NCBI GenBank assembly: GCA_964464735.1
Contig: CAYXKF010000001.1
Span: 35,690-99,689 of the forward strand
DNA from: an uncultured Candidatus Saccharibacteria bacterium
GTDB taxonomy: Bacteria > Patescibacteriota > Minisyncoccia > Phycocordibacterales > UBA1006
DNA length: 64,000 bases
Direction: 5' to 3'
The position numbers and the translations under genes were made by a program. Below, piece by piece: positions 56,502 to 64,000 of the stretch. The notes under the pieces are model-generated. The model did no database searches. It was not told the origin of the DNA and saw only the letters and a program-made list of their open reading frames with translations. Each line of letters starts with the position of its first letter. The stretch's first letter is position 1.

Positions 56502-58670
56502 TTACTCAAAATGCACTTTGTGCTTTTGTTTTTCGATATGTTTTTTAAGCTCGGGATACTGTTTTAACTCGATATCGTTTTCAGCAATTGCTTTTGCGGC
56601 GTCGCGGGCTGCTTGCACCAGCTTTAAATTTTTTAAGGCTTCCATGCCGGTGTCGGTAAGACCGGATTGTTCGGCGCCAACCAAGTCGCCGGCGCCGCGT
56701 AGGCTTAAATCAAGTTCGGCAAGTTCGAAACCGTTTTTTGCAGTTACGAACGCACGTAACCGATCTTTTGATTTATCCGAATTTGCTTCGGTAAACAAAT
56801 AGCAATACGGCTGATGACTACTTCTCATTACACGTCCACGCAATTGGTGCAGCTGCGATAATCCAAAGCGTTCACTTCCTTCGATAATAATTGCCGTAGC
56901 GTTGGGTACGTTAACACCTACTTCGACAACCGATGTCGAAACTAATATTTGTGTTTTGCCACTGTAAAAATCGTTTAAGACCGACTCTTTTTTCTTTGCA
57001 AGCATTTTGCTGTGCATGACATCTATGCTGAATTCGGGAAAGATATTTTTTTTCAGATGTGCGGCTTCTGCAGTGACCGATTTTGCGATCAGCGCCTTCG
57101 CGCTATCTGGATCTGGTGCATCGATGCGCGGACAAATTACATATGCTTGACGACCTTCATTAATAAGGCTGCGAATATGTTCATATACCTCACTGCGTTT
57201 GTCTGGAGTTACCACGGTCGTTTGAACAGCTTTTCGTCCCGGTGGAAGTTCGTCTAAAATCGTTAGGTCAAGATCACCATACATGGTTAGTGCAAGCGTA
57301 CGAGGAATCGGCGTCGCGGTCATTGATAAAAAATGGGGCACTAGCTTGCTTCGCTTTGCTAAGGCCATACGTTGTGCCGTTCCAAAGCGATGCTGCTCGT
57401 CAACGATTGCCAGTGCCAAATGTTTAAACTCAAGCGTTTTTGCGATAAGCGCATGAGTACCCACGACAATGGGAATCTCGCCATTTGCAATCCATTTTTT
57501 TAATTGCGCACGCGAAATGTCTGTCCATGTTTTTCCATACACTTTGCTGGGAAACTTACGACATGACTTACCGGTAATTAAGCCAACCTGCATGCCGTAG
57601 TCTTTAAAAAACTTAATAAAGTTTTCAAACAATTGCGTTGCCAAGACTTCGGTCGGTGCCATAATGGCAACTTGCAATGTCCCAAAGTTTTGCCCTTTAG
57701 GACGCGTTTCGACAGCTGCTTTTGATGCCAGTGCGGCGATAAGTGTTTTACCCGATCCGACGTCGCCTTCAAGCAAGCGCATCATCGGGGCGCCCGATGC
57801 CATATCTTTGGTAATTTCGCCAATGGCTTTTTCTTGGCCCTTAGTTAAGTTAAAGCCCAAGTCAGCCGCGTGTTCTTTCAGGTCACTCATTTTCGAAGCG
57901 ATGATAAAGCTTTCTTCTTGCCGATATTTTTCACGTTCAATTGCACGGCCCAATTGCACGCTAAACATATTTTCAAATGCAAAGCGCTTTTTGGCCGCTT
58001 CGGCGTGTTTTTGGTTTTTGGGCGCATGCATCCAAACAATCGCACTTTGGCGGTTGGGAAGGCTGTATGTTTTTAGTAATTCGTCAGGCAAAATTTCGGG
58101 CACCTGTTCGTGCAATTTGTTTCGCAGTAACCGGGTAATCGAATGTTGCAGCCATGCCGACGTAACACCCTTGGTTTCGCTGTAGCGCGGATAGGCAAAC
58201 AGTTCGTCGCCGGTTTCGCTGTCGTGAAAAAGGGATTCTTTGTGCGCGTCGATCGGAAGCGCGGGAATCTTTTCGATACTTGGGTTAGTGATCGACCGCT
58301 TGCCGTTATATACGCTTACGATGCCATGCAAGTGCACGGGCGTGCCTTCAGTATATGTTTTTCCAATATACGGCTGATGAAACCAAATTAAGTCGATCGT
58401 ATCGCCCGCAATATCGACAAGCTTTGCGCTGGTAATCGGTGTTTTTGATTTGTATGTTTTTTTAACCTCGACGTCGGTAATGGTGCCAAATAAGGTTGCA
58501 TCTTCGCCTTCGGTTAAATTGATGATGCTTGTTGCTTGTGTAAACGAAGTGTAGCGAACCGGCGGATATAGCAAAAGATCTTCAAGCGTCTCGAGCCGAA
58601 GTTTTTTTAAGCCCACCTTTTGAGCAGGTGTCAATCGAAAGGTAGACTCAATTTTATCACTGATATGCAT
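56502..58670 (-). CDS. recG: ATP-dependent DNA helicase RecG
   Basis: Wedge domain, helicase motifs LLEGDVGSGKTLIA and VDEQHRFG. 722 aa. Confidence 0.9.
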   Translation of the reverse strand: MHISDKIESTFRLTPAQKVGLKKLRLETLEDLLLYPPVRYTSFTQATSIINLTEGEDATLFGTITDVEVKKTYKSKTPITSAKLVDIAGDTIDLIWFHQPYIGKTYTEGTPVHLHGIVSVYNGKRSITNPSIEKIPALPIDAHKESLFHDSETGDELFAYPRYSETKGVTSAWLQHSITRLLRNKLHEQVPEILPDELLKTYSLPNRQSAIVWMHAPKNQKHAEAAKKRFAFENMFSVQLGRAIEREKYRQEESFIIASKMSDLKEHAADLGFNLTKGQEKAIGEITKDMASGAPMMRLLEGDVGSGKTLIAALASKAAVETRPKGQNFGTLQVAIMAPTEVLATQLFENFIKFFKDYGMQVGLITGKSCRKFPSKVYGKTWTDISRAQLKKWIANGEIPIVVGTHALIAKTLEFKHLALAIVDEQHRFGTAQRMALAKRSKLVPHFLSMTATPIPRTLALTMYGDLDLTILDELPPGRKAVQTTVVTPDKRSEVYEHIRSLINEGRQAYVICPRIDAPDPDSAKALIAKSVTAEAAHLKKNIFPEFSIDVMHSKMLAKKKESVLNDFYSGKTQILVSTSVVEVGVNVPNATAIIIEGSERFGLSQLHQLRGRVMRSSHQPYCYLFTEANSDKSKDRLRAFVTAKNGFELAELDLSLRGAGDLVGAEQSGLTDTGMEALKNLKLVQAARDAAKAIAENDIELKQYPELKKHIEKQKHKVHFE

Positions 58671-58781
58671 GGTGGGTATTGTAACACACTTGTTTTGCCC
58701 TCCGGTTTGGCAGGTAGTTTTAAGGCTGTGGTATACTGTGAAGTAGAGTCGAAATTAAAGAGGCTTAAGATTTTTAATTAT

Positions 58782-59150
58782 ATGACTATGCATGTAGATA
58801 TTTATGCAAAAGGTGTCGAATTAAACGATACGCTTCGCGATTATGTAACCAACAGGATGACGCATGTCCAAAAATATACCAATCAGGACAGTGAAATGCA
58901 TGCGTATGTTGAAATCAAAAAAAGTTCGACCCATCATAAGTCGGCAGTCGATTTGTATCATGCCTCGTGCCGTTTGGTTATTGACGGGCACGAATACTAC
59001 GCCGAGACTTCAGATGGTGATATGTACGCCGCAATCGATGCGCTTCAAGAGCATGTATATCGAGAAGTCCGCGATCAAAAAGGAAAGCGCGAATCAATGT
59101 TTCGAAAAGGGCACCGTATGATTAGGAAATTATTTAAAAAAGGATCATAA
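58782..59150 (+). CDS. hpf: ribosome hibernation promoting factor (RaiA/HPF family, short form)
   Basis: MTMHVDIYAKGVELNDTLRDYVTNRM is the canonical HPF N-terminus. The RBS AAAGAGG lies ~17 nt upstream. The ORF-track start at 58620 is an implausible upstream extension. Confidence 0.8.
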   Translation: MTMHVDIYAKGVELNDTLRDYVTNRMTHVQKYTNQDSEMHAYVEIKKSSTHHKSAVDLYHASCRLVIDGHEYYAETSDGDMYAAIDALQEHVYREVRDQKGKRESMFRKGHRMIRKLFKKGS

Positions 59151-59158
59151 TATCATTT

Positions 59159-59839
59159 ATGAAATACATCATTGCAATTATTATTTTGGCGATTATCATT
59201 GTCGCAGCGTTATTTATTATTAAAAAAACACCTTCGCCGGGCTTGGGGCAACAAGTTGGTGCCTCGGATACTTATTCGAACCAGCAAGCTCAAGATATCA
59301 GCGCGTCGGCGTCAACACTAGCACAATCATCTATGCAAGAACCAGCAGCAAAAACTTATATTGCCACAATGGATACCTCGATGGGTACTATTGTGCTACA
59401 GCTTGATCCATCACATGCGCCAAATACGGTTGCCAACTTTGTAAAACTCGCTAAAAGCGGATTTTACGACGGTACGCGCTTTCACCGTGTGATTGAAGGC
59501 TTTATGATCCAGGGTGGCGACCCACAGTCAAAAGACATTGCAACTCGCCAATATTGGGGAACCGGCGGCCCTGATTATCGATTTGATGACGAACTAACCG
59601 GCAAAGAAACCTATCCACAAGGGACGCTTGCGATGGCAAATGCCGGCCCTAACACTAATGGTTCACAATTTTTTATTGTAACTGCAAACCCAGCGCCGCT
59701 TCCGCCAAGTTATACGGTGTTTGGTAAAGTAACTTCGGGTATGGATGTTGCATTGGCAATTGAAAAAGTGCAAACCAATCAGCGCGACATGCCGCTTGAG
59801 GATGTGATTGTGAATTCGGTGACTATTTCTGAAAAGTAG
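59159..59839 (+). CDS. peptidyl-prolyl cis-trans isomerase, cyclophilin type (membrane-anchored)
   Basis: GFYDGTRFHRVIEGFMIQGGDP and NTNGSQFFIV. Confidence 0.9.
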   Translation: MKYIIAIIILAIIIVAALFIIKKTPSPGLGQQVGASDTYSNQQAQDISASASTLAQSSMQEPAAKTYIATMDTSMGTIVLQLDPSHAPNTVANFVKLAKSGFYDGTRFHRVIEGFMIQGGDPQSKDIATRQYWGTGGPDYRFDDELTGKETYPQGTLAMANAGPNTNGSQFFIVTANPAPLPPSYTVFGKVTSGMDVALAIEKVQTNQRDMPLEDVIVNSVTISEK

Positions 59840-59842
59840 CCT

Positions 59843-60334
59843 ATGCCGCGCATTCCTGTTGTAGATGAAAATGATGTCGTTATCGGACATATAGACAGGA
59901 ATGATCGAGATCCTAATGACATTATCCGTATCAGTGCTGTTTGGATAACTGACGAAGATGGCAATATTTTACTTCAACAACGGAAATTAACCAAAAAAAA
60001 TAATCCCGGGAAATGGGGTCCGGCAGTTGCTGGTACAGTTGAAGAGGGTGAAACCTACATAGTGAATGCCTATAAGGAAATGAAGGAGGAAATTGGCGTC
60101 GAGGGTGTTTCTTTGTTCGAGTACAAGAAATATTACGGTGAAACTAATACTGGTAAGCGTTTTTGCCAAGTATACACTGCCACTATTCCGCGAAATACTC
60201 GTTTAACTATCGAAAAAAATGAAGTCGAACAGGTAAAGTGGTTTACTAAGGCCGAAGTACAGAAAATGATTAGTGAGCATCCGGATGATTTTGTTGGCGC
60301 GATGAAACAAGAACTCAAAAATGCTTTTTTGTAA
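59843..60334 (+). CDS. NUDIX hydrolase
   Basis: NUDIX box GTVEEGETYIVNAYKEMKEEIGV. Confidence 0.8.
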   Translation: MPRIPVVDENDVVIGHIDRNDRDPNDIIRISAVWITDEDGNILLQQRKLTKKNNPGKWGPAVAGTVEEGETYIVNAYKEMKEEIGVEGVSLFEYKKYYGETNTGKRFCQVYTATIPRNTRLTIEKNEVEQVKWFTKAEVQKMISEHPDDFVGAMKQELKNAFL

Positions 60335-60337
60335 AAA

Positions 60338-61144
60338 TTAAAATACTTGTTCTTTTTCTCCTTCGGGAATAACACGTTCAATCACGAACGTGTTATTTTC
60401 GTATCGGGCTTTGGTGATCTTTATGCGCTTACCGTTCGAATCGAAATAAAAAACTCCCGGCCAGCCAAAGTATGCGCGGTATTTTCGCCATTTGGTTTCG
60501 TCTGAATCAGTCGCTAAAAGTTCGCCGTCTTTTTTTTCGATCTTAGCGCAGTAGGTTGCGTCGGCGTCGTTTTGCGGTGTAAGCGTAAAATCTCCGGTTG
60601 CAAGTTTCGGAAACATTTCGATCAATGATTTACTTGCCTCGGTGCTCATCCACGCTTTTAAGTCTTCGGCAGTTTCGTTTCCATTCAAGGGATACTCTTT
60701 CTGAACGGCGATCGGACCTTTATCAAGTTCAAACTCCATTTTTTGAATCGTGAATCCGGTTTTTTCATCGCCCGCCAAAATGACCGCTTCGTTGCAACTA
60801 GCGCCTCGCCAACGAGGTAGCAGCGAGTAATGCACGTTAAAGCATCCATGTTTTGGAATATCCAACAACCACTGCGGAAATATTTTTCCGTAGGCAACAA
60901 CAATAAAAAAATCCCATTGTGTGCTTCGCAAAAACTCCTCGGCGTCTTTTAATTTTTCGGGTTGATGTACAGAAATATTCAAAGACTCGGCTAATACTTT
61001 AACAGGCGAGGGGGTCAGTATTTGTTTTCGTCCAACCGGCCGGTCAGGATTAGTAAAAACCGCATTTGGCGTATGGCCTGCGTCGATGAGCATTTTTAAA
61101 ACCGTTTCGGCGCTTTCGGGCGTGCCAAAAAATAGCCAGTTCAT
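60338..61144 (-). CDS. fmt: methionyl-tRNA formyltransferase (short form)
   Basis: MNWLFFGTPESAETVL, HYSLLPRWRGAS. 268 aa. It is convergent with the hpf-PPIase-NUDIX genes and adjacent to def. Confidence 0.9.
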   Translation of the reverse strand: MNWLFFGTPESAETVLKMLIDAGHTPNAVFTNPDRPVGRKQILTPSPVKVLAESLNISVHQPEKLKDAEEFLRSTQWDFFIVVAYGKIFPQWLLDIPKHGCFNVHYSLLPRWRGASCNEAVILAGDEKTGFTIQKMEFELDKGPIAVQKEYPLNGNETAEDLKAWMSTEASKSLIEMFPKLATGDFTLTPQNDADATYCAKIEKKDGELLATDSDETKWRKYRAYFGWPGVFYFDSNGKRIKITKARYENNTFVIERVIPEGEKEQVF

Positions 61145-61145
61145 A

Positions 61146-61661
61146 TTATTCTAAAGGAATCTTAGTGGTGCGCTTTTCGGCTTTCCAAATGTCGTCGGCC
61201 TTGTCGGTAAATAACACGCCGTCCAAGTGATCAAGTTCGTGCTGGATCACACGTGCAAGCAATGCGCCTGTACCGCGTTCGAACTTTTCGCCGTGTTCGT
61301 CATAGGCGACAACGGTAACTTGGGCAGGGCGGCGTACATGGCCGTAGACGCCGCGGATCGAAAGGCAGCCTTCCTCGAATGAAACCTTTTTAGAGCTTTT
61401 TTTGGTAATGATCGGATTAATAAACACGGTCGGACGAATGCTGTCTTCTTTTTTATAGACCGAATCGGCAATGACAAAAATGCGGGTCGTTTCGCCAATT
61501 TGCGGGGAAGCAAGGCCAATGCCGTCCTTGGTGTTTTTAAGCGTATCCTTAAGGTTTGCGATAATAGCCTGAATTTCTGCTGATTTAATATCTTTTACCA
61601 GAACCTCTTTTGCCTTGGTGCGCAATACCGGATCGCCGATTTGTACGATTTCTTTTTGCAT
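61146..61661 (-). CDS. def: peptide deformylase
   Basis: GIGLASPQIG, EGCLSI, HELDHLDG. Sits 2 nt upstream of fmt. Confidence 0.9.
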   Translation of the reverse strand: MQKEIVQIGDPVLRTKAKEVLVKDIKSAEIQAIIANLKDTLKNTKDGIGLASPQIGETTRIFVIADSVYKKEDSIRPTVFINPIITKKSSKKVSFEEGCLSIRGVYGHVRRPAQVTVVAYDEHGEKFERGTGALLARVIQHELDHLDGVLFTDKADDIWKAEKRTTKIPLE

Positions 61662-61757
61662 GCCTTTCTTATACCATATTTTTCGATTCTTTCAATAATC
61701 AGTAAATATTGTTTGACAAGTGTGATTTTTAAACTATTCTGATGAAAAATAAAAGAG

Positions 61758-62432
61758 ATGGATGCAATAAGATATTTTTCTGAAATTGATTCGTTACAGC
61801 GATATTTTAACAGCAGAAAAGATGATACTCCAACAAAGGGGTTTGTGGATCTTCTTGGTAGTATTATTATAAGACACACAGGTTATTTTAAACGACCGGA
61901 TCAATGTTTGGTTGATTTAGGATGCGGAGACGGACAAGTGCTGGCTGCTTTAATTAACTATTTAGGCTTCAAGAAAGCAATTGGCGTTGATGTGTCAGAG
62001 CATATGCTTAGCAGGCTTGATGCCTCTATGAAGTCAAAGTTTAGAAGAATAACTACTACCTTCCGTGTTAATTTAAATACTGAACTATTGCCAATACCCG
62101 ATAGAACCGCTGCATTAGTGACTTCTCTTGGCACCATGATGTATATTGATTCGTTGCCGCACGTGTTTTCTGAAGTTGCAAGAATTATGCGCATAAATGC
62201 ATATTTTTGTTTTACTGTAATTACCTCAGATAAGGAAACCTATGCTTATCAATCTCACGAAAGTACTCCGCTCTATTATGTTCACCGTATGTCAGACTTA
62301 AAAAAGATGATTGAATCATTTGGGTTTGTCATCGAAGCTGATATTCATATACAGGAACCATACCTCGTTAACGTAAATGAAAAAGGTAAGGATCACCCCA
62401 GAACCCTGATTGTAAGAAAAATAAAGAAGTAA
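61758..62432 (+). CDS. class I SAM-dependent methyltransferase
   Basis: Motif I LVDLGCGDGQV. The sequence is AT-rich. Confidence 0.65.
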   Translation: MDAIRYFSEIDSLQRYFNSRKDDTPTKGFVDLLGSIIIRHTGYFKRPDQCLVDLGCGDGQVLAALINYLGFKKAIGVDVSEHMLSRLDASMKSKFRRITTTFRVNLNTELLPIPDRTAALVTSLGTMMYIDSLPHVFSEVARIMRINAYFCFTVITSDKETYAYQSHESTPLYYVHRMSDLKKMIESFGFVIEADIHIQEPYLVNVNEKGKDHPRTLIVRKIKK

Positions 62433-62512
62433 ACTAAAACGCCCAGCTTATAGCCGGGCGTTTTAAATAGTAGATAAGGTGAATTAAATCTTCATCTTCT
62501 TCAAATACTCGA

Positions 62513-63787
62513 CTAAATACACAATAGGCACGGATTTTTGCTGGCGGTTTTCCATGTTTCGCACCAATACCGTTCCATCAAACGCTTCTTGCCGATGGAG
62601 AGCTTCACCGCGACGCCCATTTTTTCGGCCTGTGCAAGCTGCGAACCAATATTGTCTTTACCAAGCGCATGGAATAGGGGAATCTTTGCCTTACGCAGTG
62701 CTTCGATAATTGAAAGCGATTTGGTTTTTGCTTCCATGCCTAATTGCACAAAACAAACCTTTGGTTTTTTGGCGATCTTTGGCGAAAGTTCGGCCTGTGA
62801 AATTTCAAGAATGCGATCAACGCCTAGCGCCATACCAACGGCCGGAATATCTTTTTTAGAACCCAAGCGTTTTGCCAAGTAGTCGTAGCGTCCGCCGCCG
62901 CCCAAAGCTAACGATTCGGTGCTGTCGCCAAATTCGCTTGGTACGTTGGTAAAGTATTCGAATACCGTGTGGGTGTAGTAATCAAGGCCGCGCACCAGCG
63001 TGTGATCGATGGTGTATGGAACACCTAATTCGTCTAAATGTTCGATCACTTCTTTAAAATGTTTTTTACTAACGGGATTTAAATAGTTTAAAGCCTGGGG
63101 AGCCTCGACATTTATTTCTCGAGTTTTTTCTTCTTTTGAATCTAAAATACGAAGCGGATTTTTCTTAAGTCGCTCGCGGTCGATCGCTGGTAGCTGGTTG
63201 ATGTGCTTGCGGTAATATGCAGTTAATGCGCGCAAATATTCGACGCGCGATTCTTTGTCGCCAATGCTATTAAGCTTGATGGTAACGTCTTTAATACCGG
63301 CCTCCTCGATGATTTTGTATCCTGTGTAAATAACCAGCGCATCAAGCGTACTTTTGGTTTTGCCCAAGATCTCGACTGAAAACTGATAGAATTGCCGATA
63401 GCGGCCTTTTTGCGGCTTGTCGTGGCGAAAGTAGGGACCGTAGGTATATAAGTATACCGGCTGCGGGCGGTTCATCATGCCTTGTTCGATATATGCGCGC
63501 ATGATCGCGGCGGTACCTTCGGGGCGCAACACCAACGTGTCGCCACCCTTGGTCTTTAATTCGTACATTTCTTTTTCGACAATGTCGGTGCCTTCGCCAA
63601 CGCCGGTGGTAAAGACTTCAGTTTTTTCAAGTGCTGGAGTTTCGATTGGTTCAAAACCGTAGAATACCGAAATCTCTTGCGCCTTTTCGAAGAATCCTTG
63701 AAAACGGTAATAGTCGTTCCCATGAATGTCGCGCATGCCCTTAGGTGAAAATAGGTCTTCGGTCCGTACTTTTTTTGCTTCTGCCAT
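62513..63787 (-). CDS. hisS: histidine--tRNA ligase
   Basis: Class II aaRS motifs, LRPEGTAAIMRAY, GGGRYD. 424 aa. Confidence 0.9.
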   Translation of the reverse strand: MAEAKKVRTEDLFSPKGMRDIHGNDYYRFQGFFEKAQEISVFYGFEPIETPALEKTEVFTTGVGEGTDIVEKEMYELKTKGGDTLVLRPEGTAAIMRAYIEQGMMNRPQPVYLYTYGPYFRHDKPQKGRYRQFYQFSVEILGKTKSTLDALVIYTGYKIIEEAGIKDVTIKLNSIGDKESRVEYLRALTAYYRKHINQLPAIDRERLKKNPLRILDSKEEKTREINVEAPQALNYLNPVSKKHFKEVIEHLDELGVPYTIDHTLVRGLDYYTHTVFEYFTNVPSEFGDSTESLALGGGGRYDYLAKRLGSKKDIPAVGMALGVDRILEISQAELSPKIAKKPKVCFVQLGMEAKTKSLSIIEALRKAKIPLFHALGKDNIGSQLAQAEKMGVAVKLSIGKKRLMERYWCETWKTASKNPCLLCI

Positions 63788-63824
63788 AATACTTCTAAAA
63801 GTTAGTAATGATAATTATTCAAAA

Positions 63825-64000
63825 TCTGCAAGCTCTCCCGGATTGATTGCAAACGTCTTAAAAGGGAATAGTCGCACTAATGGTGTGCCGATGATATTTT
63901 TTCGTGGCAACACGCCCCATACGCGCGAGTCTGAACTTTGGTTGCGGTTATCGCCCATGACAAAGTATTCGTTTTCGTTAAGCGCAACAGTGATCGAGCT
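63825..64000 (-). CDS. lepB: signal peptidase I, C-terminal fragment (gene continues beyond window end)
   Basis: The minus-strand translation ...[47 protein letters not shown] contains the SPase I box E (GDNRNxSxDSR). The stop codon is at 63825-63827. Confidence 0.75.

Noticed and set aside
58620-58781. Upstream extension of the hpf ORF starting at 58620
   Set aside because: The N-terminal extension has no homology to HPF. A good RBS precedes the ATG at 58782, and the canonical HPF N-terminus starts there.
1-64000. Searched for CRISPR arrays, direct-repeat arrays, transposases, integrases and phage structural genes
   Set aside because: No periodic direct repeats of 25-40 nt were seen. No DDE or tyrosine-recombinase-like ORFs were found. 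The AT-rich single-gene islands have no flanking repeats that I could find by eye.

Overview
This 64 kb window looks like a reduced-genome, low-to-moderate GC bacterium. The gene content is consistent with Candidate Phyla Radiation/Patescibacteria, but that is an inference from gene content only. Housekeeping genes are dispersed rather than in long operons, with many small secreted or membrane proteins, three NUDIX and two HAD hydrolases. There is a tandem array of five VirB2/TrbC-like pilin-hairpin genes at 35300-38827. The window is densely coding on both strands with no rRNA, no CRISPR array, and no recognizable transposase or integrase. Supported housekeeping CDSs are ligA (C-terminal fragment), gatC-gatA (no gatB), prfB, ftsE-ftsX, pyrG, an ABC-F ATPase, an ABC-2 exporter (ATPase plus two permeases), rpsA, gyrA (no gyrB), infB-rbfA, a cysteine desulfurase, a family-4 UDG, ychF, smpB, ftsH, glyA, tmk-like, recG, hpf, cyclophilin, fmt-def (convergent), hisS and lepB (partial). 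I found 12 tRNAs by hand folding: initiator fMet-CAU, Met/Ile2-CAU, Asp-GUC, Thr-GGU, Thr-CGU, Gln-UUG, Cys-GCA, Leu-UAG, Lys-CUU, Leu-UAA and an unusual Ile-UAU. There is also a divergent tmRNA (ssrA) candidate on the minus strand next to smpB, which the ORF track masks with a spurious ORF. Nine Rho-independent terminator hairpins were located, several of them bidirectional. The regions most worth a second look are the pilin-like array with N-terminal domain fusions, a 558-aa Cys-rich zinc-ribbon repeat protein, a membrane-anchored HEPN-like (Rx4H) protein next to a tRNA cluster, the divergent tmRNA, the tRNA-Ile(UAU), a DUF2975/HTH pair with a putative operator, and an AT-rich pentapeptide-repeat membrane protein.
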